A stretch of DNA of 63,975 nt, the filler included, from Salisapilia sapeloensis CBS 127946 (lineage: Eukaryota; Protista; Oomycota): the NCBI GenBank assembly GCA_023334545.1. It is 10 parts of 10 records of this genome, joined end to end, with 100 filler letters (N's around TTAATTAATTAA, not from the genome) between each part and the next. Parts side by side here need not be neighbours in the genome. Positions count along the whole stretch, not along the records: positions 24,580 to 41,553 come from JAADVB010000346.1; positions 41,654 to 43,821 come from JAADVB010000946.1; positions 43,922 to 46,721 come from JAADVB010000837.1; positions 46,822 to 48,168 come from JAADVB010001183.1; 6 more parts are not named here. The stretch is one strand, 5' to 3'. Within the stretch, counting starts at the first letter, position 1, and the number at the start of each line of letters is the position of its first letter. This document shows, piece after piece, positions 36,790-48,268 of this stretch. The position numbers and the translations under genes were made by a program. The notes under the pieces were generated by a model. That model made no database searches, was not told where the DNA came from, and was given only the letters and a program-made list of their open reading frames with translations.

Positions 36790-36901
36790 GCGCTTTCGAT
36801 GAGGAAGAAGTTCTGGTCATCAATCTTGAAACGACACACGTATGTTGAAGTTGGTATGTAGCATAGTAATTACAAATTTGTAATCGCACGTCATAATCCG
36901 A

Positions 36902-38308
36902 ATGAGTATGCTGCGAGTGAGGGGAAGTGTATCGTGGGCTGTGTACGGCGCGACAGCCGCTGCTGCTGCAACTGCAGTCGCTGTAGCAGGTAGTCGTCGA
37001 TTCCTATCCACTGCTCCACGCATGAAATCCATCCATCGACGTGTCCCGGCGGTGAAGGGAGATCTCCTTTCGGCTGTCGAAACGCCTTGTCTTCTTGTCG
37101 ATTTGGATGCGATGGAGCGTAACTTGAAGGCTTTACCGAAATCTTTAGGCGACAACCTCGGTCGAGTTGTTATCCGTCCTCACGCGAAAGCACACAAATG
37201 TGCTGCGTTGGCCAAACATCAAGTCGAGCTGTCCAAAGTATCTATATTTACAAATCATCACACCTTCCTTGGATTCACATGCTTGTAGGCTATCGGACTG
37301 TGTTGCCAAAAGGTATGTGAGGCAGAAGCGATGTTTGCTGGTGGTGTCAAGGACCTCTTCCTCAGTAACGAGATCATTTCGTTTGAACGGTACGAGCGCA
37401 TGGCTAAGCTGGCGCAACAAGGGGCGACCATCACGCTTGTATTTGACAACACGCTCGCCATTGACCAAGCCGACTCAGTCGCACGAGACTACAATGTCAA
37501 GTTCCAGAGCCTCGTGGAGATAAACGTCGGTCAGGATCGCTGTGGCGTTGACACGCCGGAGGAAGCTGTCCACTTGGCCAAGATCATCCAGAATGAATGT
37601 GACAATTTGCAATTACGTGGTATCCAGGCGTACCATGGTGCGGCACAGCACATTCGTTCGTACGTGGAAAAGTCGCAGGTCATTGATAGCGTGGCACAGA
37701 AGGCGCAAGCCGTAAAAACAGCTTTTGAAAGAGAAAATCTCGTGTGTGACGTCGTTACAGGCGGCGGGACCGGAACATACCCATTGGAAGTAGCTAGTGG
37801 CGTGTTCACTGAAATCCAGCCTGGCTCCTACCTCTTTAATGACGCTGACTATAGCAAAAACCTTGCTCCAGACGGACACTTTGGTACTTTATTCTCTATT
37901 ACGCATGTAGTCTCCTACTGATTTGAGCAACTAGTTCGAGACTGGGAGCAGAGTTTGTTCGTTATGACGTCTGTCATGAGTGTGAATGAAAAGGCTGGTA
38001 GAGCCGTCGTGGATGCTGGCACCAAAGCTGTGTCGCTCGACTCTGGTCCGCCTATCGTCTACTCTACGCTGGATGCCACGCCTCTCCTCCCGCTTGAGTA
38101 CAAGGGTGGAGGCGACGAGCACGGCATCCTCACTCCAGTTAACGCGACTGCGTCCATGAGCCTTCCGATGCCTCAGCTTGGCCAGAAGCTACTCCTGACA
38201 CCAGGCCACTGCGATCCGACGGCCAACATGTACGATTTTATCGTCGGCTATCGGAACAATCATGTAGAAGACGTGTGGGAACTAAATGGTCGTGGTCCTG
38301 GCAACTAA
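36902..38308 (+). CDS. Fold-type III PLP enzyme, D-threonine aldolase / D-serine dehydratase family; join(36902..37237,37289..37883,37935..38308)
   Basis: ETPCLLVDLDAMERN, RPHAKAHK (PLP Lys), CCQKVCEAE, DRCGV, QAYHG, TGGGTGT, EIQPGSYLFND, DAGTKA, DEHG, PGHCDPTAN; presequence-like N-terminus. Confidence 0.9.
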
Positions 38309-38353
38309 AAGCAAACGAGTCTTTCGTTCATGCAAATTTCGTTTTATTCCGTT

Positions 38354-39631
38354 TTACACGACAACGTCGTTGTATAACCACTTGTACATTTCTGCTAGCA
38401 ACGCTTCTCCCCATCGTCCAATGTGCTTCGTGATACCTCTCCATGCGGCAGGAGAGATGGCAAAGTCCGGTCGATGGAGCGTACAATGCGACCATCTCTT
38501 CAAGACGACCACAAGCTCCTGTCCGTCTTTCGTCGGACGATAGTACGAGCTAAAGTCAAAGACGACATTGATGTCTCGACGTATTCGCTGATGCGTTTGG
38601 TACGGATACAGCTCATCTTGGTCGACGAACTCGACGAGAATGATCCCGTGCTGCTTGTCGCCCTCCATCTTGTTGTCATGGGCCGTGAAGATCGGAAGAG
38701 TGATCGTATTGCTTTCCACGTCGACACCAAAGTGCGTCTTGATCACTAGTTTGCTTTGCCACAATTCATCGTCGCCACTATCATCATCTTCACGAATCGT
38801 CAAGGCGCCCATGGCTTCCGACATGGAGATCTCCATATTTCGTAAGAGGTACACGAGGACGTCATACACTTGTCGAACGCTCGAAACATTGACAAAGTGT
38901 CGGACACTACAGCGAGATGCGTGAAAGTTACCAGACGGACCTTCATACCGATGTTCTTCTCGAAACCGGCGATGTGGATTAAGGAACGTATATCGTTGTC
39001 GAAGGAATTTCTTCGCTGCTTTTAATTTCGCATCCCGACAGCTAAAGAGATATTGCCGTCGTTGCTCTGGATTACTCCCGAGCGAAAAGTACATTTGCGC
39101 TGGGATGCACTCTTGGAGACTCTACAAGTGATGGTCAGCACAACAAAGTGATGGTCAGTGAGGGAGATGTACCATGTAGTGGGAGAACCAGCCTTGGTAC
39201 TGCGCAAGGCGTAGTCGTTGTCGATCTACTGCATCCTGTAGCCTCTGTGTCTCCTGTTTACACTCTGTAAAGCTCCTCGTATCCTGTCTTCTCGTTGCTT
39301 TCGTACGCAGCTGCACTAGTTGCTGCTCCAACTCGGCTGCTTCCTCCTTTAAATGAGCAATTTCTTCCTATCTCGTGCATTTTAGTAAAACGCACGACGA
39401 GATACTAGCCATCGAAAATACCTTGCGGATTGTATGGGTGGCCTTGCGTTTTCGACGAACACGCTTCGGTTTCGCCACCGGCGCCGAGGCGACAATAGAC
39501 GTGTCGTCCGGACTGCCCGTGCTACAGTCTGAAGATGCTGTGTGGTCTGCATGGGGATGGTAGAGCATGGAGCTCCAGGACCTTGGATGCTCATACGCCT
39601 GCTCCGTTACAGTGACGCTATTGGCTACCAT
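38354..39631 (-). CDS. M96 mating-specific-like family protein; exons 39422..39631, 39173..39367, 38354..39121
   Basis: Basic KRVRRKRKATHTIRK|EE then coiled coil; LTIREDDD, VESNTI, EFVDQDELYPY, RIRRD, VVLKRW. Confidence 0.8.
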
Positions 39632-39796
39632 CTTCTCCAGTCGAAAGTCGATTCGAAAATGGTCTCGTCCTATCGCGGCGGTGCTAGGGCTTACGTAAAC
39701 CCTACTTCCACGAACACCACTGAGATGGGACGCAATGGACGCGAAGGACGCGATTGCGCTATCAGAGCACCCAAAGCTGAAGGCAATGGAGGGAGA

Positions 39797-40870
39797 TTAA
39801 AGCTCTCGAATGATCTTTGGCAGCACATCACCCCAGCCTTCTAAACTATCCGTTAGTTCATGCCACGAATCGTTCGTGATACAGAATTGTGGTCGATGGA
39901 TCTTGGCGAAAGACCAACGCTTAATGACGACGCCTCCATCCGGTGAAGATGCGACCTGCACGAACATAGTGTTGTCACGCCGGACACGTTCGTGTGGGAG
40001 GTACGGGTGTGCATCATCAAAGTTGACAAAATCCGCCGTCACTACGCCATCCTGACGTGTCTCTGAAAAATCGGAAAAAGCGACGGTATTCGACTCCATT
40101 GGAGGTGTGCCTTTGCCTAGTGTCGTGACCAAACGGTTTTGCATTGTACCGGGTGTGTTGCTGTCATCATCCTCTCGGATCGTCAAGCTACCTAGTCGCT
40201 CGGAGATGTTGATCTCGATGTTGGAAAAGTAGTACACGAGGGCATCAAACACTCGTCGGACACCTGGAGCGTCTGGAAACGGCAGAATGCGACATGCTTC
40301 CGAGACGTAGTCTCCGTCGATGGTTTCATAGCCTTTGCGTTCAAAATAAACTCGTGTCGGATCTAAAGCGCCTAATCTAGTCTGCATGAACTCTCTTGCT
40401 AGCGGAATTTTCTGTCCACGAAGCAGGTCGAGTGCGATCCGACGTTCATCTGGGTCGGACTTGAGGTGAATAAAGTGTTGGACAGGGCTTACATTTCGAT
40501 TCATGGCAGAAACCGAGAGCTGGATGTACCCGCCTAATATAGCAAAGTGGTTCGACAGCAATGTATCTTCCAATGCTCGTTTTGTCGTCTCTTTTTCTTG
40601 CAACGTCTTGCCTGGTGTCGAGTACGGACGTACGAGTCGTCGAGCTAAAGCTGCTCGTTTCAACTCCATTTGTTCCACTTGCCTCATCAACCGCTCCTTT
40701 TCCTCCTACATTGCAACGTTAGAAGATACTGTCGTAGGAGCTCGTACGAATTGTCTGGACCGTACTCGTCGAATGGTGTCCGTGGCCTTGCGTTTGCGAT
40801 GGCGATTACAAGAGCCTTCCTCCGCGAGAGAAGAATCTACTTCATCCTCATCAGAGCTGTCTCTTTCCAT
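39797..40870 (-). CDS. M96 mating-specific-like family protein; exons 40766..40870, 39797..40705
   Basis: RHRKRKATDTIRR|EEK; SPVQHFIHLKSDPDERR, LTIREDDD, MESNTV, RVRRD, VVIKRW; tandem with previous paralogue. Confidence 0.8.
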
Positions 40871-41553
40871 ATAAGCACGCCTTGATTGTTTAAAAGAATA
40901 AGTAGTCTGTGGAGCCAAAGATGCCACGACGAGTGCTACAAAGGCGACGGTCGTGTGCCGTTGTACCGATGCTGTACTGACACGGAATCAGAATTTAATC
41001 TGATAATTCGAAACGAACTAAAGACCAGTTAACATGGCGATAGCTTGGATAGAGTTGCTTGACTATGATCGAGGCTGACGAGGATGCTTCTACTAGGGAT
41101 ACTATCGTAAACTAATTTAAAGTCGTTGGCGAATGCTTTAGACTGTACTCAATCTGTTCGTCCTGGCGAGATAATGCACAGGATAGAAAATATTGAGCCG
41201 GGCGTATCGAACGTGTAAGCGAAGATGAAGGCTTCTTGCAACGAGTTTGAACCAGCGATTGTTTTCTTTCAGTTGCTTGTAATAGGCTTATTTCAGATTT
41301 ACGAGTGGCATAAGCTATTACGGTCAGGTGAGTTTTATTTCTGGACATGAGATACCTAGCTCTGTATATCCGTCGATCGCGCCCTAAATGCAATAGCATA
41401 TCCCATCCATTTTAATCGGACGAGTGTTGCTTGTGGAAGCACAATTTGCTCAGCATCAACCGCTTGTTGTTTACTGTCTGCACTACACGCCCGCCCGCCA
41501 GTTCCGCCCAACAGGGTCATTAGACAACTTATTGCAAAAAGCAAGTAGTGAAA

Positions 41554-41653
41554 NNNNNNNNNNNNNNNNNNNNNNNNNNNNNNNNNNNNNNNNNNNNTTA
41601 ATTAATTAANNNNNNNNNNNNNNNNNNNNNNNNNNNNNNNNNNNNNNNNNNNN
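41554..41653. other. Artificial contig spacer
   Basis: 44 N + TTAATTAATTAA + 44 N. Confidence 0.98.
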
Positions 41654-41655
41654 AG

Positions 41656-42216
41656 GAAAAGCAAGCTGAATCGGCACTAGCTATCCAATGCGCCGCACGG
41701 CAGCGGCAAGCTCGGAAGCTCGCTCGGCTCGAACGAGACTTCAGGCGAAAGCATAGCGAGGCCGCGCTGAGGATCCAGTGTGCTGTACGCCGATGGAGAG
41801 CATACCTGGTTTTTAAGGATAAAGTTTCGCCGAAGTTGATGGAAGTTTTTGATGAAAATGTTGAGGAAGGGGAATGCGTAGATATTGAAGTACGGCAGGA
41901 ATGTGTATTTAACGATACGATGAAGAGTGAGGAGGAATTTGGGTTTACGGTTGCCATCGACAGTGATGTGTTTGAAGGTGGAGTAGCGGAGATGGGAGCG
42001 GTGGCGAGCGACGAAGGTTACGAGAAGGAATTTGCGATGGACGTGTCGAGTGATGCCAGCGACGGCGTAAAAGTAGCGGAGACGGCAGATACGGATAGCG
42101 TGGAGCATGATTATGAGGTGGACTTCACCGTAGCCATCGACAATGACGTATTCGAAAGTGAAGGAGTACCGGAGGTGGAAGCGGCGTCGGTCGAAGAAGG
42201 TTATGAGTGGTTTTAG
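41656..42216 (+). CDS. 3' end of an IQ-motif protein with acidic duplicated tail (5' truncated)
   Basis: Frame open from the spacer: ALAIQCAARQRQAR and ALRIQCAVRRWRAY IQ-like motifs, then the acidic ORF 41836..42216. Confidence 0.6.
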   Translation, partial: EKQAESALAIQCAARQRQARKLARLERDFRRKHSEAALRIQCAVRRWRAYLVFKDKVSPKLMEVFDENVEEGECVDIEVRQECVFNDTMKSEEEFGFTVAIDSDVFEGGVAEMGAVASDEGYEKEFAMDVSSDASDGVKVAETADTDSVEHDYEVDFTVAIDNDVFESEGVPEVEAASVEEGYEWF

Positions 42217-42785
42217 GATGGAGTCTAGTAGGGTATTCATAGGATTTGGAGTGTGATAGTAGCTAAACATGGTTTCTTTGGTTTTGGGTAGTTGATATGG
42301 AACGATATTAGTTTGCGGTATATGAATGAGAAAGCAGAAGCAAATGAGAAGGGCAAAGGTTTCGTAAATTTTATTGTATATGATACAGGTAGGGAAGAGA
42401 GCTTAATTCTTATTTGATATGGATTATTCACATTAAACTAAATTGGATATGTCAGCATGAAGAAAGAGTCCATAGCATTGAATCTATGCTCTCCGAGAAA
42501 CATTGGTTTAAAAAGCTGTATCACCAATTGTCAATTTATTCAGAAGTGCAATTAATATATGCTCGCCCCTGAGTGAAGGCAGATGATGCAGCCCATTCCA
42601 GTTAGAATTTTTCAGTCACACAAAGACAAGCATTTTCGGATGGGTATAGCTGCTTACGTCAAAGAACCAGAGACGATTGTACTCTAAGGCTTCACAACTA
42701 GAAGTTTCATGATAAAGCTAGTGTCAATGATGTCAATCTATTTAGCATATCTAAATCGTTGTTCATATACCATGTATTCTTCTTT

Positions 42786-43821
42786 TCAATCCATTGCAAG
42801 TGAAGCATCTTGTCGGAGACGCAACTCAGTCATCTTTATCCATGCCAGTTGCCGACCGCGCTCTTGATCGTTGAGGGAAAGCTCAAAAATGCTACCCCTA
42901 CACACTCTTTCAATCATTGTATCCAATTCGCAATCGCCATTCGGACCATCTTGTACGGGAGCATCTTCTGCTGAGGGTGTTCTCTCAGACGCAACAACTT
43001 GAGCGTTGTTACTAGATGATGTAAAATGGGCAAACGCGTTCAGCGAACCTTCTGTCGATGGGCTACGTTGGTCCTCGTCAAATTCATACATCTCACCAGG
43101 GCAAAACTCTCTCCTTGTCAAATTAATACCACCATCTGCCAGCTGAGAGATCCCAGACGGCTCAACGAGAGTAGATCCACTGCCATCGTGTTCAAACCGT
43201 CCAGCTCGGATTTCTTCTCGGGCTACTTAATACGAATTGACTTGACTCGTCAGTTGGTCGCAAGTTGCGCAAAGGTGAATTTTCTTGACTGCCAACTCTA
43301 AGTTGGGGTTGACCTCAAATAGCTCCGTGGAAAGAACGCACTTCCCTCAGATGGATGAATCACACAAAGTGCAGGGGTAAGCTTTGCGTAAGGGACCAAA
43401 CCGCTTTTTGCAGGATCGACATTCCGACCTGTTTTTAATCCCGCTCATGCCGATTAAGCTCAAGATGTCATTCTTGTTCACATTTTCCTCTGGAGGAGCC
43501 AGGAAAGTTTCTTCATTTTTGCACAGTAGGCGGATGTCTAATTGTCTATGATTCCACTTGCGAAGTTGACAACAGTGATCGAGTCGAGAAGATTGTTTCC
43601 AAACACTTCATAATATGATTTGACGAACACTTCAACAGATTAGTCGGAAATGGGCTTGTAAAGGACACAAGATGAGATATGAGACCGTATGATGCCTCGT
43701 TCTTCAAGTGGTGGAGTAGACGGCAAGTCGACTGCATGTATGAGACTATAACCAATGCGCTCATCTTTATCGACTCGGAGAATTCCAGTTGCTCGAATGT
43801 AAACAATATCTCGGTCTTTGA
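42786..43821 (-). pseudogene. START-like + FYVE-like family pseudogene, copy 3 (5' truncated by spacer)
   Basis: MQSTCRL/ISSCVL fragments, ECRSCKKRFGPLRKAYPCTLCDSSI*GKC, SY*VAREEI, tail QLAWIKMTELRLR; stops and frameshifts. Confidence 0.75.
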
Positions 43822-43921
43822 NNNNNNNNNNNNNNNNNNNNNNNNNNNNNNNNNNNNNNNNNNNNTTAATTAATTAANNNNNNNNNNNNNNNNNNNNNNN
43901 NNNNNNNNNNNNNNNNNNNNN
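43822..43921. other. Artificial contig spacer
   Basis: 44 N + TTAATTAATTAA + 44 N. Confidence 0.98.
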
Positions 43922-44104
43922 TCTGGTTCCCATGGTTCCTCTGACGCGTATGAAGCGTCCAACGCCTATGACAGCTCTTACGCCTCTGGTTCCCATGGTT
44001 CCTCTGACGCGTATGAAGCTTCTACTAACTCCAATAGCCTTAGTAGTCGATACGATCATGTTGACAATTCGTCATACACTGGAAGCACTGATGGTTCGAT
44101 GTAG
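43922..44104 (+). CDS. 3' end of a Ser/Gly/Tyr-rich tandem-repeat protein (5' truncated)
   Basis: 63-bp period (TCTGGTTCCCATGGTTCCTCTGACGCGTATGAAGC at 43922 and 43985); stop-free frame SGSHGSSDAYEASNAYDSSYA-SGSHGSSDAYEAS..DGSM*. Confidence 0.55.
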   Translation, partial: SGSHGSSDAYEASNAYDSSYASGSHGSSDAYEASTNSNSLSSRYDHVDNSSYTGSTDGSM

Positions 44105-45671
44105 GCTATTACACTCACGCGATGAAGAGTGTTTGGATACGACATTACTCTCTTATGTCGATAAAGCAAAGACAATCATTAATCATTCTTTCATTGGAGG
44201 CTACTCGTTCAATTATCTGCTGCATCATTCCGACTTTTGTGTGTAAACGCCTGGCATTTATTCCATTCATGCTTCATTTAATTAAATTTGTTGTTATTAT
44301 CAAGCAAAGGAAGGAATACATGACATCAAATCCTTCCATTATGGACTATCTTTGATACTAACGAAAGGAAAGGTACTTGCTTGAAAGGATACACAAGGAT
44401 TAACAAGATAGTGCTTGTCTTTTGACCTTGTCTAGTACCCGACGTGTTGTCCTCGTGTATTCTATAGAGATACTAGTTGGTTGCATCTTGAATATGAAAT
44501 CGATGAGGTTGCTTTTATAGCTAATTCAAGCGGACCATTGTTTCATGCTAGTCGAATTAAACTGGGTATAAGACACCTACGAAGGTTTTCACTTGTACTA
44601 TTAGTAGCTACGGACTATGGTTTTTACAATCGCACTAGACTCTTGTTTCATCAAGCAACGAGCTTCGTTCCTACGATAAGAGGCAAAACAATAGAAACCA
44701 TCGTGATGTATAGAAAACTACTGGTATTAACCTTTTCTTGAGTCTTCACAAGTTATTTGCTTCATTTGCCAATATTTAGATGATCGAGGCTTATAATCAC
44801 GTCTTCAGCGTGCTTTAAAAACGCCTGCATGGGTACGCATCCATCCATATAGTGGTCCACCTTCCCAATCATCATCAAAATTAAACACACATCTAAACCA
44901 AGCAGAACTCTAGTCCCACGCGGATAGCTGCAAGTTGATCATTAACTTCCGAATGCTTCCGTACATAATTTAGTGCCCTCTGCGGGCACTGACGTTTGCC
45001 TCTTTGCCTGATTAGAATCAGTCATCAATTGAAACGTGGTTGTATAATTAGATCATAGCAACACCTTCGTGCGTAGTAAAAGTAGTCGTCAATTATCTGC
45101 CTAGCCAAACCAACGCAGTCGGAACAGTATCTTCATCTATACGTTTTGAATCGTTATCTATCCCAAGTTACCATACGGCTGTTCTATAGGAGTAATCGAT
45201 GTGTACGAAAATAGTTTTTCCGACACAACTGATTTAGTTTATTCGTGAATCGATTGTCGAGTACGATGCGCAACTTTAGATCTGTCGACTTGATCAAGAC
45301 ATCAGCCTACTTACTGAAGCGATGGACGAGGGCGATGGATAGGACAGCCGGTGGCAGTCAGTATCAGTCTGGATGACCAATTCTTATGCCGAGCCCAAAT
45401 CAACAAATACGGGTATTAGTGGTAAGCTTTAGAATCAATGCCATCTTAATCATCTACAGCAGTATCCTCTGAGTGTGAATAAGCTGCATTCGATACTTTG
45501 TGGAGAAAATTTAATTCAATTTATGGAAACTGAAAGTTGAATTGGAACAGAGCTTACTGCTTGACGGATCGACGAACGCCAACTTCCGTACATCCAGATG
45601 ATCCCGTTTCGATAATAGTGAGCACCGATGTAGAAGCTCATTATCACATTTGCGATCCCAAGCGCAGCAAG

Positions 45672-46721
45672 ATGCCTCCCAACGTGACGACGCCAACGCC
45701 AACGAACGAATACGAGGTTTTCAAGTCGCCTGGTAACCACCGGAATGTCAAGACACCAACCAACTTGTATGGTGATAGAGCTGCCAAGACTAGGTCACGC
45801 AAGATCCAAGTTCTCGTGCCTCTAGCCCAGTTGCTAGTAATAGTATGCATCTTATTGTATACGTGGGCTTTCGTCACCTACATGGCTCCAATCCGTCAGC
45901 AGATTCGAGAGAAGATGAGCTCTTGGTGGGGCCACGCCGAAATGGAAGTGGACGAATGGAATTGGAAGGTGAGCATGATGACGGAGCTCGAGTTCGGCAC
46001 GCCTAAGTACGCTGCCTTCTTCTGGGCATTGCCTATGCTCCTGACTGTCGTACTGGTGGAACTGCTTGACGATCCAAGTTACAGTCAGTATGCCAAGAAC
46101 AGAATGCTCACTCTTCGGCGTTACATGCACCGCAAGCCGCATCTCTTTGGTCGCACGAGCTGGTGGAGTTTTGGAGAGTGGCTGTTTCTCATCACCTGTA
46201 TCGGTGGTAACATCCTCTTCTTCTACTTTGCGTGGATGCAAAGGATGGAGGTCCTAGATGCGGCTGATTTACCACTTGACACTCCTCGCAAACTGAAGGC
46301 GACAGCACATGCTGTCGGTCTCAACTGTGTCTTTTGCATGGGATTTCTCTTCCTCCCAGCCACACGAAACGGATCCTGGATGTCCTTCTTGGGCATCTCG
46401 TATGCGAACGGTATCAAGTACCATCGGTGGCTGGGCGTCGGAGTCATCCTCACGGCCTTCCTCCACACGCTCTTCTACTACATCCCGTTCATCATGCAAG
46501 GTACTTGGAAGAAACAATGTCTTCCGTGCTTTAACTGTCCGCTGGAAGACTACACCGGACTCTACGCATGGACCAACATTTTTGGCCAGACCGCGCTCGT
46601 GCTCTTCTTGATCATTGGTGCGACTTCCATTCCGTACGTCCGTCGCAAATTCTACACCGTCTTCTACAACGCCCATCAGCTCTTCATCCCGGCCATCTTC
46701 TTCCTCGAACTGCACTGGGCA
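45672..46721 (+). CDS. Ferric reductase / NADPH-oxidase-like transmembrane protein (3' truncated)
   Basis: Multiple TM helices; FLFLPATRN, GISYANGIKYHRWLG, HTLFY, TSIPYVRRKFYTVFYNAHQ and LHW heme-ligating His pattern. Confidence 0.85.
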
Positions 46722-46821
46722 NNNNNNNNNNNNNNNNNNNNNNNNNNNNNNNNNNNNNNNNNNNNTTAATTAATTAANNNNNNNNNNNNNNNNNNNNNNN
46801 NNNNNNNNNNNNNNNNNNNNN
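46722..46821. other. Artificial contig spacer
   Basis: 44 N + TTAATTAATTAA + 44 N. Confidence 0.98.
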
Positions 46822-47565
46822 CGAATCACTGTCCAAGTCTGTGGCGGTTCTTCTTACTCGTACGTTGCTATGAGCCTTTCTATTCCTATTTACATGTATC
46901 GTATGCTACTCTGTCATGTCTTGGCGAGGAATCGTGTCGAGCGTATCCTCAGAAGCCTCCAGGTTGAAGCTGTATTCGATTTACTTGCAACATTGAGCTC
47001 TTCGTCATTTCAATGGGACGGTGTACAGTGCGAGTCGCAAATATTTGTGAGATGAGTGATTTATCGAGACATTGAAAATATGTAGCTGGCCTGACGCGAG
47101 ATGACGACGATGTGGTCGACATGCGAAGGCAGTTGCGGGAAGATGGGCTTGCCATATGTGCGGAGGATTTTTGTCCAGACCTGAGTCGATCCCGTGACTC
47201 GGGTCATGGTTTCCCTATTGGCATGCAAGCTCAACTAGCACGCATCCATGTTAAGTGATTAAAGTTCAAACTGACGCGGAAACCTGACGTTAGCTCAGGA
47301 TGGAGCTAAGAGCTCACTCTTCAATCTACGGAGGGCCAAACACGTTGGTCGACTAAGACAACGCATAAGGAAGAGCTGAACGAAGCTATATTTTGGTGGT
47401 TGTTTCCATCGCTGTTCTACTAGTCATCTCTTCTGAGATAAAGTACCTGTGCCCTTTAACAAGATAATGAACCCAACGCTCTCGGGAAGTATGACGGATA
47501 GTGGAAGAACATCAATAAACAACTCGAAGGTCTGGCACGAGGAAGACGTATTACCATGAAGTTCG

Positions 47566-48022
47566 GACAACTATGGAGACTGGGAGTCTCGGCTGAAGCG
47601 TGTCTGCAAGATACGATCATGCTGGACAGTTGTCGACGGAACGGCAGTATTAGGAGCGTTTGGAGATCGTGCACCATTTGCAGGAGAAACACGGGAATGG
47701 ATCAAAGCGGACATAATGGGTCAACAGCTTATAGTGGACAGAATAAGCAATAGACCTTTACGAGAAGTTGAGGATGAAGAAAGTTCCAACTTGATGCTAA
47801 AGAAGCTAAGACTTATATTCAGACAAGAGTTGAAGTAGCGTGCTCTACTCTATCGTCAAGACTTCGAAAATCTACACTACGACGGCAGAGAAGAAATGAA
47901 AGACTCCATCAACCGGCTCAGGGATCTGGTCATCAATATTAAGGATGCTGGTGACAAGGTCACAGACGATGAAAAACGAATCCGATTTCTGAATGCGCTA
48001 CCAAGGGGATGGGAAATATGAC
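47566..48022 (+). mobile_element. Degenerate Ty1/Copia gag relic
   Basis: NYGDWESRLKRVCKIRSCWTVVDG (Copia gag N-terminal pattern) and FENLHYDGREEMKDSINRLRDLVINIKDAGDKVTDDEKRIRFLNALPRGWE (gag core pattern), with stops and frameshifts; no LTR or pol seen. Confidence 0.75.
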
Positions 48023-48168
48023 AGAAGTCACAACGATAGCCCTTTCAACGTAAGGGAAGCGTAAAACGCGGAGTATGAAACTCTTGTACTAAAAGTACGG
48101 AAGATGTGTTATACACTTATGCTTTAGAAAGCAAAGTGAGAACTGATTGTATTGAGGCTTAATCCGAA

Positions 48169-48268
48169 NNNNNNNNNNNNNNNNNNNNNNNNNNNNNNNN
48201 NNNNNNNNNNNNTTAATTAATTAANNNNNNNNNNNNNNNNNNNNNNNNNNNNNNNNNNNNNNNNNNNN
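48169..48268. other. Artificial contig spacer
   Basis: 44 N + TTAATTAATTAA + 44 N. Confidence 0.98.

Noticed and set aside
29070-43352. TGA at conserved Cys positions in two START/FYVE-like copies, suggesting selenocysteine or UGA recoding
   Set aside because: The same copies carry TAA/TAG stops and frameshifts, the TGAs are at different Cys, and intact genes such as GET3 end with TGA; simple pseudogenisation explains it.
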